From contig JBDRFX010000021.1 of the NCBI GenBank assembly GCA_043818355.1, positions 3,228-67,227 on the forward strand: a DNA stretch of 64,000 nucleotides, read 5' to 3'. Below the pieces are notes generated by a model that did not search any database, was not told the origin of the DNA, and was given only the letters and a program-made list of their open reading frames with translations. Origin of the DNA: Patescibacteria group bacterium (GTDB lineage: Bacteria > Patescibacteriota > Minisyncoccia > Minisyncoccales > DG-74-3). This document shows positions 28,889 through 36,661 of this stretch, in pieces; positions within the stretch are counted from its first letter, which is position 1; the number at the start of each line of letters is the position of its first letter. The position numbers and the translations under genes were made by a program.

Positions 28889-30238
28889 TTATGCGCTGAA
28901 TACTCTTTGTTTAATAAGATTAATTTCTTCTGCAAGATTTTCATTTTTTTCAACTTCTTTGGTTATCTTTCCACAAGCATGAATTGCTGTTGTGTGATCT
29001 TTTCCCCCAAGTTTTCTTCCTATAAAAGGATAAGAACTTTTTAATTCTTCTCTCAATAAATACATAGCTACTTGGCGAGGCTTCACAATTTCTCTTTTTC
29101 TTGAAGAAGACAAAATCTCCTTTTCTTTTAGGTCATAAAAATCAGCCACAATACTAATGATTTTTTGCGGGGTAATCATTTTTTTGGGAGAAATTATTAG
29201 GCTTTTTAGTAGAGATCTCACTAATTCAACATCAGGATTTTGATTATTTAATTTTTGGTAGGCAGAAAGCCTTAATAGAGCTCCCTCTAATTCTCTAATA
29301 TTTCTTTGAATATTAGTTGCTACATATTCCATAACATCATTAGAAAAATCTATTTTTTTTTCAACGCATTTATTTTGTAAAATAGCCATTCTGGTTTCAT
29401 AGTCAGGATAACTAATATCAGCTATCATGCCCCCCTCAAAGCGAGATCTTAATCTTTCGGCTAAAGAGGCTATGGCTTTTGGTGGACGATCGGAAGAAAG
29501 AATTATTTGTTTATTTGCTTCGTATAGATAGTTGAAAATATGAAAAAACTCTTCTTGAGTTTTTTCTTTTCCTGCTAGAAATTGTACGTCATCTAGGATT
29601 AAAACATCAATTTCTTTATACTTTTCCTTGAATTCAGCGATAGTTCTTTTGCTGATAGCAGAAACCAATCCTGAAGTGAAGCGTTCAGCAGGAATATATT
29701 TAACTTTCTTTTTTTCGAAATTGGAGATAATATCATTTCCTATAGCTTGTAAAAGATGGGTTTTTCCAAGCCCCACTTTTCCATAGATAAACAGTGGGTT
29801 ATATACTTCTCCTGGGCTTTTAGCTACTGCCCAAGCAGCAGCTTGAGCTAATTCATTAAAAGGACCAATAACAAAATTATCAAAAGTGTATCGGGGGTTG
29901 ATATTAGTATCTTTTTTTAACTTAAACTCTTGTAAATCAAGTTGCCCTACTTCAGAAACATTAAAATTATTTTTCTTTATGGTTTTTCTATTATTTTCTC
30001 CAACCTTGTAGTTGATTTCTTTGATTTGAGGGTCTAGTTCGTGTAAAATTTTTAGGATATCTTTTCCATACTTGGTTTCTATCCACTCTTTAGCAAAAGA
30101 ATTAGAAACTCCAATTGAAATAAGACCTTCTTTCTTATCTATAATTTTAGTGTTTTTAAACCAAGTAGCAAAATTAGCCTGAGAGATTGATAATTGAATT
30201 TGGGCTAATGTAGATTGCCAAAGCTCTGCGTTATTCAT
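28889..30238 (-). CDS. dnaA: Chromosomal replication initiator DnaA
   Basis: 449 aa. AAA+ Walker A GKVGLGKTHLLQAIGN and C-terminal DnaA-box-binding helix-turn-helix. Confidence 0.95.
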   Translation of the reverse strand: MNNAELWQSTLAQIQLSISQANFATWFKNTKIIDKKEGLISIGVSNSFAKEWIETKYGKDILKILHELDPQIKEINYKVGENNRKTIKKNNFNVSEVGQLDLQEFKLKKDTNINPRYTFDNFVIGPFNELAQAAAWAVAKSPGEVYNPLFIYGKVGLGKTHLLQAIGNDIISNFEKKKVKYIPAERFTSGLVSAISKRTIAEFKEKYKEIDVLILDDVQFLAGKEKTQEEFFHIFNYLYEANKQIILSSDRPPKAIASLAERLRSRFEGGMIADISYPDYETRMAILQNKCVEKKIDFSNDVMEYVATNIQRNIRELEGALLRLSAYQKLNNQNPDVELVRSLLKSLIISPKKMITPQKIISIVADFYDLKEKEILSSSRKREIVKPRQVAMYLLREELKSSYPFIGRKLGGKDHTTAIHACGKITKEVEKNENLAEEINLIKQRVFSA

Positions 30239-30461
30239 AATAAAGGGAGTTAAAATTTATGCTTTATTATTACACGGTAAAGATAAAAATCAAAATAGGG
30301 GTAAACTTTTTTCAAAAGTGAATAATCTGTGGATATCCTGTGGATTGACTTCATCTATTTTTCATGTACAATGGACATATAATGTTCCTAAATTTATATC
30401 TATTGCAATATACTATTATCTTCATATATATTAAAAATTTTTACAATAGAGAACCTTTCAT
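30239..30461. promoter_or_regulatory. Putative oriC between divergent dnaA and rpmH, with two tandem DnaA boxes
   Basis: TGTGGATAT (30328-30336) and TGTGGATTG (30339-30347) are reverse complements of near-consensus TTATCCACA boxes. Flanking sequence is AT-rich. Additional box-like sites (TTTTCCACA, TGTGATAA) lie in the dnaN-dnaA spacer 28683-28888. Confidence 0.6.
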
Positions 30462-30555
30462 ATGTCACAAACATATCAACCCAAAACAAAAAAAAGACAA
30501 CGAACCCATGGCTTCAGATCAAGGAGCGAAGGTGCAGGAGGCCAGAGAGTATTAG
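30462..30555 (+). CDS. rpmH: 50S ribosomal protein L34
   Basis: [22 protein letters not shown]...GRKKLTV. The ORF-track start at 30364 is too far upstream; the true start is the ATG at 30462. Confidence 0.9.
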
Positions 30556-30615
30556 CTAATAGAAGAAGAAAGGGCAGGAAAAAACTTACTGTCTAATTTT
30601 GTTTTTTCAAAAAAA

Positions 30616-30960
30616 GTGTTACCAATTGCCAATAGGCTTAAAAAAAATAAAGAAATTAAACAGGTTTTTGAGGGAGGAACAAGATTTCAGCAAGGCCTTT
30701 TAATTATTAAGACAATTCACAACACTCTAGAGCAATCTAGATTTGCTTTTATAGCCTCCCAGCGCCTTTCTAAGAAGGCTGTAGTCAGGAACAGAGTTAA
30801 GAGACGGCTTAGAGAAATAGTGAGCTTAAATCTTAAAGACATGAGCGGAGGAAGAGACGTGGTTATTATTGCCTCTATTGGATTTGATCATCAAGATTTT
30901 AATCAATCTAAAGAAGACCTGGAGAAATTATTTTTAAAAGCTGGATTAACAGAAAAATGA
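30616..30960 (+). CDS. rnpA: RNase P protein component
   Basis: 114 aa. RNR motif region RLSKKAVVRNRVKRRLREIV. TGA stop overlaps the yidC start (ATGA). Confidence 0.85.
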   Translation: MLPIANRLKKNKEIKQVFEGGTRFQQGLLIIKTIHNTLEQSRFAFIASQRLSKKAVVRNRVKRRLREIVSLNLKDMSGGRDVVIIASIGFDHQDFNQSKEDLEKLFLKAGLTEK

Positions 30961-31643
30961 ATTTTTTAGATAATATTTTTAATAAAGCACTATATCAGCC
31001 ACTGCTTAATGCGCTGGTTTTTTTATATCAATTTTTTCCTGGAAATGATTTGGGAATAGCAGTGATTGTTTTAACTGTTTTAGTTAGATTATTTTTACTT
31101 CCATTTACCTTAAGAGCATTGGAGTCTCAGAAAAAGATGACTATTTTGCAAAAGAGAACCAAAGAAATTCAGGAGAGAGAAAAAGATAAAGAAAAGCAAT
31201 TAGAGGAGATAATGAATCTTTATAAAGAAGAAAAGGTTAATCCTTTTGACAGCATCGCTCCCATTTTAATTCAACTATCTCTTTTGGTGGGCCTTTATAG
31301 GGTTTTGCTGAGAGGATTCGGACCAGAAGCATTGGTTTTTTTGTATAGTTTTATTAAGCCTCTAGAGATTAATATGAGTTTTTTGGGATTAATAGATTTA
31401 TCAGTCCCCAATTTGCCATTGGCGGTTATAGCTGGAATTATGCAATTCGTTCAATTTAAAACAATGCCTCAAGATAAAGACAACAAAGAGGCCACAAAAA
31501 TCATGGGCCCAATGTCTTATTTTATGTCTATTATTATTTTTACTATTGTCTTGAGAATGCCTTCTATTGTAGGATTATATATAGTTACAACAACAATTTT
31601 TACCATAGGGCAACAATATCTTTTAGATAAAAAATATAAATAA
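30957..31643 (+). CDS. yidC: Membrane protein insertase YidC (short Oxa1-like form)
   Basis: 228 aa, 5 TM. Conserved LLPFTLRALESQKKM region. Position after rnpA. Confidence 0.8.
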   Translation: MNFLDNIFNKALYQPLLNALVFLYQFFPGNDLGIAVIVLTVLVRLFLLPFTLRALESQKKMTILQKRTKEIQEREKDKEKQLEEIMNLYKEEKVNPFDSIAPILIQLSLLVGLYRVLLRGFGPEALVFLYSFIKPLEINMSFLGLIDLSVPNLPLAVIAGIMQFVQFKTMPQDKDNKEATKIMGPMSYFMSIIIFTIVLRMPSIVGLYIVTTTIFTIGQQYLLDKKYK

Positions 31644-31648
31644 ACTAT

Positions 31649-32113
31649 ATGATTTCAGAATTATACTTAGAAGATTTAAAAAATATGACCAAGGATTTTT
31701 TTAAAAAAACATCTTTTGATTTAGAAGTTAACTTTCCTGAGTCAAAAGAAGAAGGAGTTTTTTCCGTAGCAGTCAAAACCGATGACCCTCAGATTTTAAT
31801 TGGAGAAGGAGGACAAACTCTTGTTGATATGCAACATATTCTAAGAAGAATATTGAGCAGAAAGGTAGATGTAGTTTTTTACTTAGATCTTGATATTAAT
31901 GAATACAAAAAAAAGAAGGCAGAGTTTCTCAAAGAAATAGCTCGCTCAGCAGCAGAAGAAGTAATGTTTAGCAGAAAAGAAAAAGAGCTATCTCCCATGA
32001 GAGCCTTTGAACGAAGAATAATTCATTTGGAACTAGAAGATAGAACGGATATTAAAACAGAAAGCATAGGAGAAGGAGAAAACAGAAGAGTGGTTGTTAA
32101 ATCAAACGTTTAA
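31649..32113 (+). CDS. jag: Jag/KhpB-like KH plus R3H RNA-binding protein
   Basis: 154 aa. C-terminal R3H-like FERRIIHLELEDRTDIKTESIGEGENRRVVV. Canonical position after yidC. Confidence 0.7.
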   Translation: MISELYLEDLKNMTKDFFKKTSFDLEVNFPESKEEGVFSVAVKTDDPQILIGEGGQTLVDMQHILRRILSRKVDVVFYLDLDINEYKKKKAEFLKEIARSAAEEVMFSRKEKELSPMRAFERRIIHLELEDRTDIKTESIGEGENRRVVVKSNV

Positions 32114-32128
32114 TTTTTTGAAAAGAAA

Positions 32129-32158
32129 AACAGACTTTAAGTAGGTCTGTTTTTTTTG
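32129..32158. terminator. Bidirectional rho-independent terminator (cagac-N9-gtctg plus T8)
   Basis: Hairpin with a long T-run on plus and an A-run upstream. Lies between convergent jag and the last gene of the T4SS-like operon. Confidence 0.65.
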
Positions 32159-32171
32159 TATTAAAGGAATA

Positions 32172-32906
32172 TTATTCTAAGACGCTTACCGAGACAGAGG
32201 CAGATTTTTCGCATTCTCCTTTAATTTCAGCGATCCATGTCCCAGGATTCATTTTGTTGGTAAGGTCAAATGTTTTATTTGTAGTACTAGTTTCTCCCGT
32301 GGCTTCCCAAGTAGCTACTACGTTATCATAGGTGTCGTAGAGATTTATTTCAGAGTTAGAATTAGGCAGGACGTTATAAATATTATAGCTGATATATAGA
32401 TAAGGACTTGTATTGCCCATAGAAACGGGAGCAAAGGTTAAATAGAGATCACAAGATGGAGTTATAAGTAAATTTTCTGTTTTTTCCATTTGCTTCACGT
32501 CTGGTAGTACTAAAACAGTGAGCTCTGGATTGATTGTTTTAATAATTAAGAATGAACTTAAAACAAGAACTAGCCCAATAAGAGCTGATTCTATGGTTTT
32601 TTTTGCTTCTTCTGTTTTACTTGAATTTCCAGCTGAACTTAACCAACCAAAGCCACCTGATACAAGTCTTGCAAAAGCTGCCAGTCCAGAAATAGTCACA
32701 ATTAGAGAGTATCCCCAAGCTATTACCTGATTAATATCTTGATCTTTGTTTAAATCAAAACCACCAAAGCTTGGATAATCAAGTTCAAGACAAAGTTCAT
32801 CTTCTGCTATTTCAGTATCTCTACACGTTTTGGCCAATACATTCACGCTTGCAATTGAGAGCAAAACAACTATTAAGATAAGTAAATGTTTTTTCTTCAT
32901 ATTCAT
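32172..32906 (-). CDS. Secreted pilin-like protein (signal peptide, two hydrophobic helices, C-terminal beta-rich extension)
   Basis: 244 aa. Cleavable leader MNMKKKHLLILIVVLLSIASVNVLA. Hairpin LIVTISGLAAFARLVSGGFGW...ALIGLVLVLSSFLIIKTINPEL resembles VirB2/TrbC-type pilins and the C-terminal module of the 848-aa and 134-aa proteins. Confidence 0.45.
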   Translation of the reverse strand: MNMKKKHLLILIVVLLSIASVNVLAKTCRDTEIAEDELCLELDYPSFGGFDLNKDQDINQVIAWGYSLIVTISGLAAFARLVSGGFGWLSSAGNSSKTEEAKKTIESALIGLVLVLSSFLIIKTINPELTVLVLPDVKQMEKTENLLITPSCDLYLTFAPVSMGNTSPYLYISYNIYNVLPNSNSEINLYDTYDNVVATWEATGETSTTNKTFDLTNKMNPGTWIAEIKGECEKSASVSVSVLE

Positions 32907-32942
32907 ATTATATCACAATAATATCGTATTTTTTTAAGAAAT

Positions 32943-33326
32943 TTATTTTTTAAAAAGAGAATTCATTGGGTTTAATTGTATTTTTCCAATGAATTGCTCT
33001 AAAACAAAACGAGTCCAAACTAATCCAATATTTACAAAAGATACTAGATTGATTGTTAAGTCTTGCCAATTGTTCTGAATCCACTCTTTGAATCCTTTGT
33101 CTCCAACAGAACTATTCGGTAGGTTGTTTGACCTGATAAATATCCAGCTACCAATAAGAGCAAAAGCAATCAAATAAATAATTTTACAAACAATAGTGCC
33201 AACGAAAGGAATAAAAGAAAAAATAGAAGAGAGAATATCAAACAAAAAGGCCAAACTTAGTATAGCTATGGCTTCAATACTAGTTAGGGAAATATTGTTT
33301 TCTTCGCTCTCTTCTATTTGATCCAT
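32943..33326 (-). CDS. Small integral membrane protein of the T4SS-like operon
   Basis: 127 aa. Acidic N-terminus, then 3 TM helices. Start is 1 nt after the VirB4 stop. Confidence 0.4.
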   Translation of the reverse strand: MDQIEESEENNISLTSIEAIAILSLAFLFDILSSIFSFIPFVGTIVCKIIYLIAFALIGSWIFIRSNNLPNSSVGDKGFKEWIQNNWQDLTINLVSFVNIGLVWTRFVLEQFIGKIQLNPMNSLFKK

Positions 33327-33327
33327 T

Positions 33328-35115
33328 TTATTGATTTTCCTCTATTTTTTTTGCTTCTTTAATTTTTAAAATTTCTTTTGGGTCAGTAGTAATAATTTGG
33401 TCTTCTGTGTAAGAGGCCACAATTTTAATAGCTACATGTTTTTGTCCAGCAAAGAAGATTCCCTCTCCTACTTCAGCCTCTAACAAAAGACTTTTTTCTT
33501 CATCGGTAAGATTAAATGTTTTTTGTAATAGATCAATCGTAGCAGGGCTTTGTTTTAAAAGAATTTGCATAGAAGAATTAGTAATGATTGGCTTTCCATA
33601 GTCGGACTTCATAAAGTCTCCTACGTCCTGAGTAATAGTTGTTACTCCCAGCCAATATTTTCTAGCTCTTTTAGCCATTCCATATAAGAAAGAGGCTCCA
33701 TCTTCAGATTGCATAATCCACCAAGCTTCATCCACCACTAAAATTCTTTTTTTCAGTTCAGATCTTACTTGGTTCCAAATATATCTCATAATAATGAACA
33801 TGGCTATTGGCCTCAATTCATCCTCCATATCTCTTATGCCAAAAACCACCAATGGCTGATTAGTAGAGATGTTTGTATGCTGGTTGAAGAAGTTGCCAAA
33901 GCTTCCTTTGGTAAACTTTCTAATTCTTTTTAATAAGGAATCAGATCCTTCCATAGTTGAGAGAACATCTTCCAAGTCTTCCATTAAAGGAATATTAGTA
34001 ATCCAGGTTGAAGGGTCTGTTTCTGGGGTGATGTCTTTGGCAGCATATGTCTCAGTTAGGGCCCTATCAATAACAGCATCTTCTTCGGGGGTTAATCCTT
34101 TAAGCATTGCTCTCATTAATCCAACCAAATTTATGATATTAGATCTTAAAACATCTTGTGGTTTCTCTCCTTCTCTGGGTGTTGGCAAATCAAAAGGATT
34201 AACATGGCTAGGAGAACTTAGAGAAATATCAAAGAAAGATCCGTCAACAGAATCAGATAAATGTCGGTATTCATTCTCTGGATCTAAGATAATAACATCT
34301 ACCCCAATCATTAGAGATCTTAATATTTCTAGTTTTATGGCATAGGATTTCCCAGAACCTGATTTAGCAAAAACTATAGAATTAGCATTTTCTAAACTAA
34401 ATCTATCAAATAGAATTAAAGAGTTATTATGTCTATTAATTCCATATAATATTCCGTCAGAAGAGCTTAAATCAAAAGATGTAAATGGGAAGATAGAAGA
34501 CAATGGTCCTGTATTCATTGATGTATGAACTTGTAATTGATCTAGTCCATAAGGAGCACAAGAATTAAATCCTTCTTTCTGTTGGTATAGAGCTGGTTTA
34601 ATATATATAAGTCTAGACTCTAAAATAGATCTTAAGGTTGTTTCTACTTCTTTTAGGTTTGCTTCCTCATCCCCATAAACGGTTAAATATACTCCCATTT
34701 TAAACATTTTTTCTTGGGCTGTTTGAAGGCTGTCTCTTAATCCTTCCAAATCTTGATGGGCTATTTCTAAAGAAGGATCTCTAATGAGTCCTTTTTCTTG
34801 TCTAGACATCATTTCAGCTTGAACTTCCGTCACCTTTCTTCTTAGTTGTCTTAAAATAGTTCCTGTTTCTGTGGGATGTATAAAAATAGAAACATCCATT
34901 GGATCGTCTAAGTTGATAATAGGAGAAAACCATCCAGTGCTTAAATATCTAGGATAGGAGAATATGAAAAAAGGTTTGGCTATTTTCTTACCAAGCTTAA
35001 GTTGATTTGAAGATAGAGAAATAGAAGAAGGGGCAATGATGTCATTCACCTCCATTGCTTTAGTTTCAAATATTTCTTCTTTTTCTTTTTTTTCGTCTTT
35101 TTTAAAAATGCTCAT
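33328..35115 (-). CDS. virB4: VirB4/TraC/CagE-family type IV secretion ATPase (C-terminal ATPase portion)
   Basis: 595 aa. Walker A AKSGSGKSYAIK. Walker B ILVVDEAWWIM (DEAW is typical of VirB4). Confidence 0.75.
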   Translation of the reverse strand: MSIFKKDEKKEKEEIFETKAMEVNDIIAPSSISLSSNQLKLGKKIAKPFFIFSYPRYLSTGWFSPIINLDDPMDVSIFIHPTETGTILRQLRRKVTEVQAEMMSRQEKGLIRDPSLEIAHQDLEGLRDSLQTAQEKMFKMGVYLTVYGDEEANLKEVETTLRSILESRLIYIKPALYQQKEGFNSCAPYGLDQLQVHTSMNTGPLSSIFPFTSFDLSSSDGILYGINRHNNSLILFDRFSLENANSIVFAKSGSGKSYAIKLEILRSLMIGVDVIILDPENEYRHLSDSVDGSFFDISLSSPSHVNPFDLPTPREGEKPQDVLRSNIINLVGLMRAMLKGLTPEEDAVIDRALTETYAAKDITPETDPSTWITNIPLMEDLEDVLSTMEGSDSLLKRIRKFTKGSFGNFFNQHTNISTNQPLVVFGIRDMEDELRPIAMFIIMRYIWNQVRSELKKRILVVDEAWWIMQSEDGASFLYGMAKRARKYWLGVTTITQDVGDFMKSDYGKPIITNSSMQILLKQSPATIDLLQKTFNLTDEEKSLLLEAEVGEGIFFAGQKHVAIKIVASYTEDQIITTDPKEILKIKEAKKIEENQ

Positions 35116-35118
35116 ATA

Positions 35119-35748
35119 TTACCTAGTTAATTCAGGAGGAATTTCCGGATAGTATCCTATTGAGGCTTCTTCTGGATGATGCAAAGACCAAAATATTTCG
35201 ATCAGTTCAGATGTATTTAAGGGAACAGACTTTAATCCACATCTTCTCAATCCCATGGCTACAAATTCCATTCTTTGCCAAAGTTGAGACTTGCCTCTTT
35301 TAAGTCTTTCTTCAGATATTTCTTCTTTAGATTTTTTACTGAATAATCCATCTCCAGCTCCAGGTATTTCTATTAAAGTAAAAGGAATAACAACATAAAA
35401 GCTTTTTGACATAATAGATCCTTTAGAAATTAATTCTTGTACAAAGTTTCTATATTCTGCTGTTTGTATTTTCAATAATTCATTTGATTGTTCGGCTTCT
35501 AATTTTTCTAGCTTTTCTAGATATCCCGTTATATTAAGTTTCCTAGATTGAATTACTATTTGAATAGTAAAGTCGAGTGAATTTAAGAAGTTTTGAAATT
35601 GATATATAATGGCGTTTTGTTCATCAAGCGATTTTAAAGCAAAGTTTAAAGAAGATACCATTAAAACACCCCTCATGGAGTTATTTTTTAAAATCACTAC
35701 CCCCTCTTTAATTTCTTTAATTTCTAAAAAATCTTGACTTGAAGACAT
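35119..35748 (-). CDS. Probable VirB4 N-terminal domain, in the same frame as the ATPase ORF and separated from it by one TAA codon
   Basis: 209 aa. Its TAA stop (35121-35119) is followed by one codon and then the ATG of the 595-aa ORF in the same frame. Combined length about 805 aa equals full-length VirB4. Confidence 0.4.
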   Translation of the reverse strand: MSSSQDFLEIKEIKEGVVILKNNSMRGVLMVSSLNFALKSLDEQNAIIYQFQNFLNSLDFTIQIVIQSRKLNITGYLEKLEKLEAEQSNELLKIQTAEYRNFVQELISKGSIMSKSFYVVIPFTLIEIPGAGDGLFSKKSKEEISEERLKRGKSQLWQRMEFVAMGLRRCGLKSVPLNTSELIEIFWSLHHPEEASIGYYPEIPPELTR

Positions 35749-35765
35749 TTTGTTTTATATAAATA

Positions 35766-36170
35766 TCAATTCTTTTTTGTTTCAACGAATGTTTGCAATT
35801 TTTTAATTTGGCTGTCTCTAGAAGTTTTAAATGGACTTTCTTTTGTAGATTTCACTAATTCAATTTTCTTTTCAACCATTTCAATCTTTGCCTCTCCCTT
35901 TTTCCAAATATACATTTTAGGAGAAGAATTAAACTTCATAGCATTGACTAGAAAGTTTGGTAAATCAACGCCATCTATTTTCAAAAAAGCTAAGGCTGCA
36001 GCACCTGCTATTAATATGGCGCCTGAGAACATAAATATTTCAAAAGGAGCAACAAAGTAAACCATGAAAGCAATTACTCCAGCGATACCAAAAAATCCGA
36101 ACTGCTTAAAGGTAAGAGGTCCTACTATTTTAGAATCTACTTCAATAAATTGTGGAACTGTGAACCGCAT
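35766..36170 (-). CDS. VirB3/PrgI-like small two-TM membrane protein
   Basis: 134 aa. Two adjacent TM helices (FGFFGIAGVIAFMVYFVAPF / IFMFSGAILIAGAAALAFL). Sits immediately upstream of VirB4, as VirB3/PrgI genes do. Confidence 0.4.
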   Translation of the reverse strand: MRFTVPQFIEVDSKIVGPLTFKQFGFFGIAGVIAFMVYFVAPFEIFMFSGAILIAGAAALAFLKIDGVDLPNFLVNAMKFNSSPKMYIWKKGEAKIEMVEKKIELVKSTKESPFKTSRDSQIKKLQTFVETKKN

Positions 36171-36184
36171 GTGTTTAGTCTTAA

Positions 36185-36628
36185 TTAGATTTCTTCAATA
36201 GTTTCTCTATAGCTATCTTTTCTGAGTGTTTTCTTGTTTGTTGTCTCTCTTATCTCTCGATTATCTATTGGCCCAGCTTTTTTTATTTTTGATGGAGCTA
36301 ATTTTATAGAGTAGATTTTTTCTAAGTCTTCTTTTACTGGAGCAAAAATTATTTCTTGAATTTCTTGGTTGACTTTTTGAGCCTGCTCTTTTCCTAAGCT
36401 TAATTCTTGTGTTAACGTTTGTTTTAAATTTTCTGGAGAAAGAACGCCAAGTAGTGTTTGTCCTATAAAACTTGCTGTTTGTGATATTGTGTCAATGTCT
36501 ATATTATTTCTATCGCAAATATCAAAAATATTTGTTGCAGTTTCTTCAGACAAAATATGGGCTTTCATTTCACTTGGAAGCTTTTGAAATAAATCCCAAT
36601 ATTGATTTTTTGTTAGCTCTTTTGTCAT
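36185..36628 (-). CDS. Hypothetical soluble protein in the T4SS-like operon
   Basis: 147 aa, no TM, no recognisable motif. Confidence 0.35.
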   Translation of the reverse strand: MTKELTKNQYWDLFQKLPSEMKAHILSEETATNIFDICDRNNIDIDTISQTASFIGQTLLGVLSPENLKQTLTQELSLGKEQAQKVNQEIQEIIFAPVKEDLEKIYSIKLAPSKIKKAGPIDNREIRETTNKKTLRKDSYRETIEEI

Positions 36629-36661
36629 ATAAATAAAGATTATTTTTCGAAATTACTTTTT

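Noticed and set aside
30364-30461. ORF-track N-terminal extension of rpmH ([40 protein letters not shown]...)
   Set aside because: L34 is universally about 44-46 aa and starts MxxTYQP. The extension would cover the DnaA boxes of oriC and has AT-rich nonsense composition.
35116-35121. Stop-codon recoding (code 25 / UGA=Gly) as the explanation for the split VirB4
   Set aside because: The interrupting codon is TAA, not TGA. TGA clearly functions as a stop at the rnpA/yidC and ppaC/tig ATGA overlaps, so standard code 11 applies.
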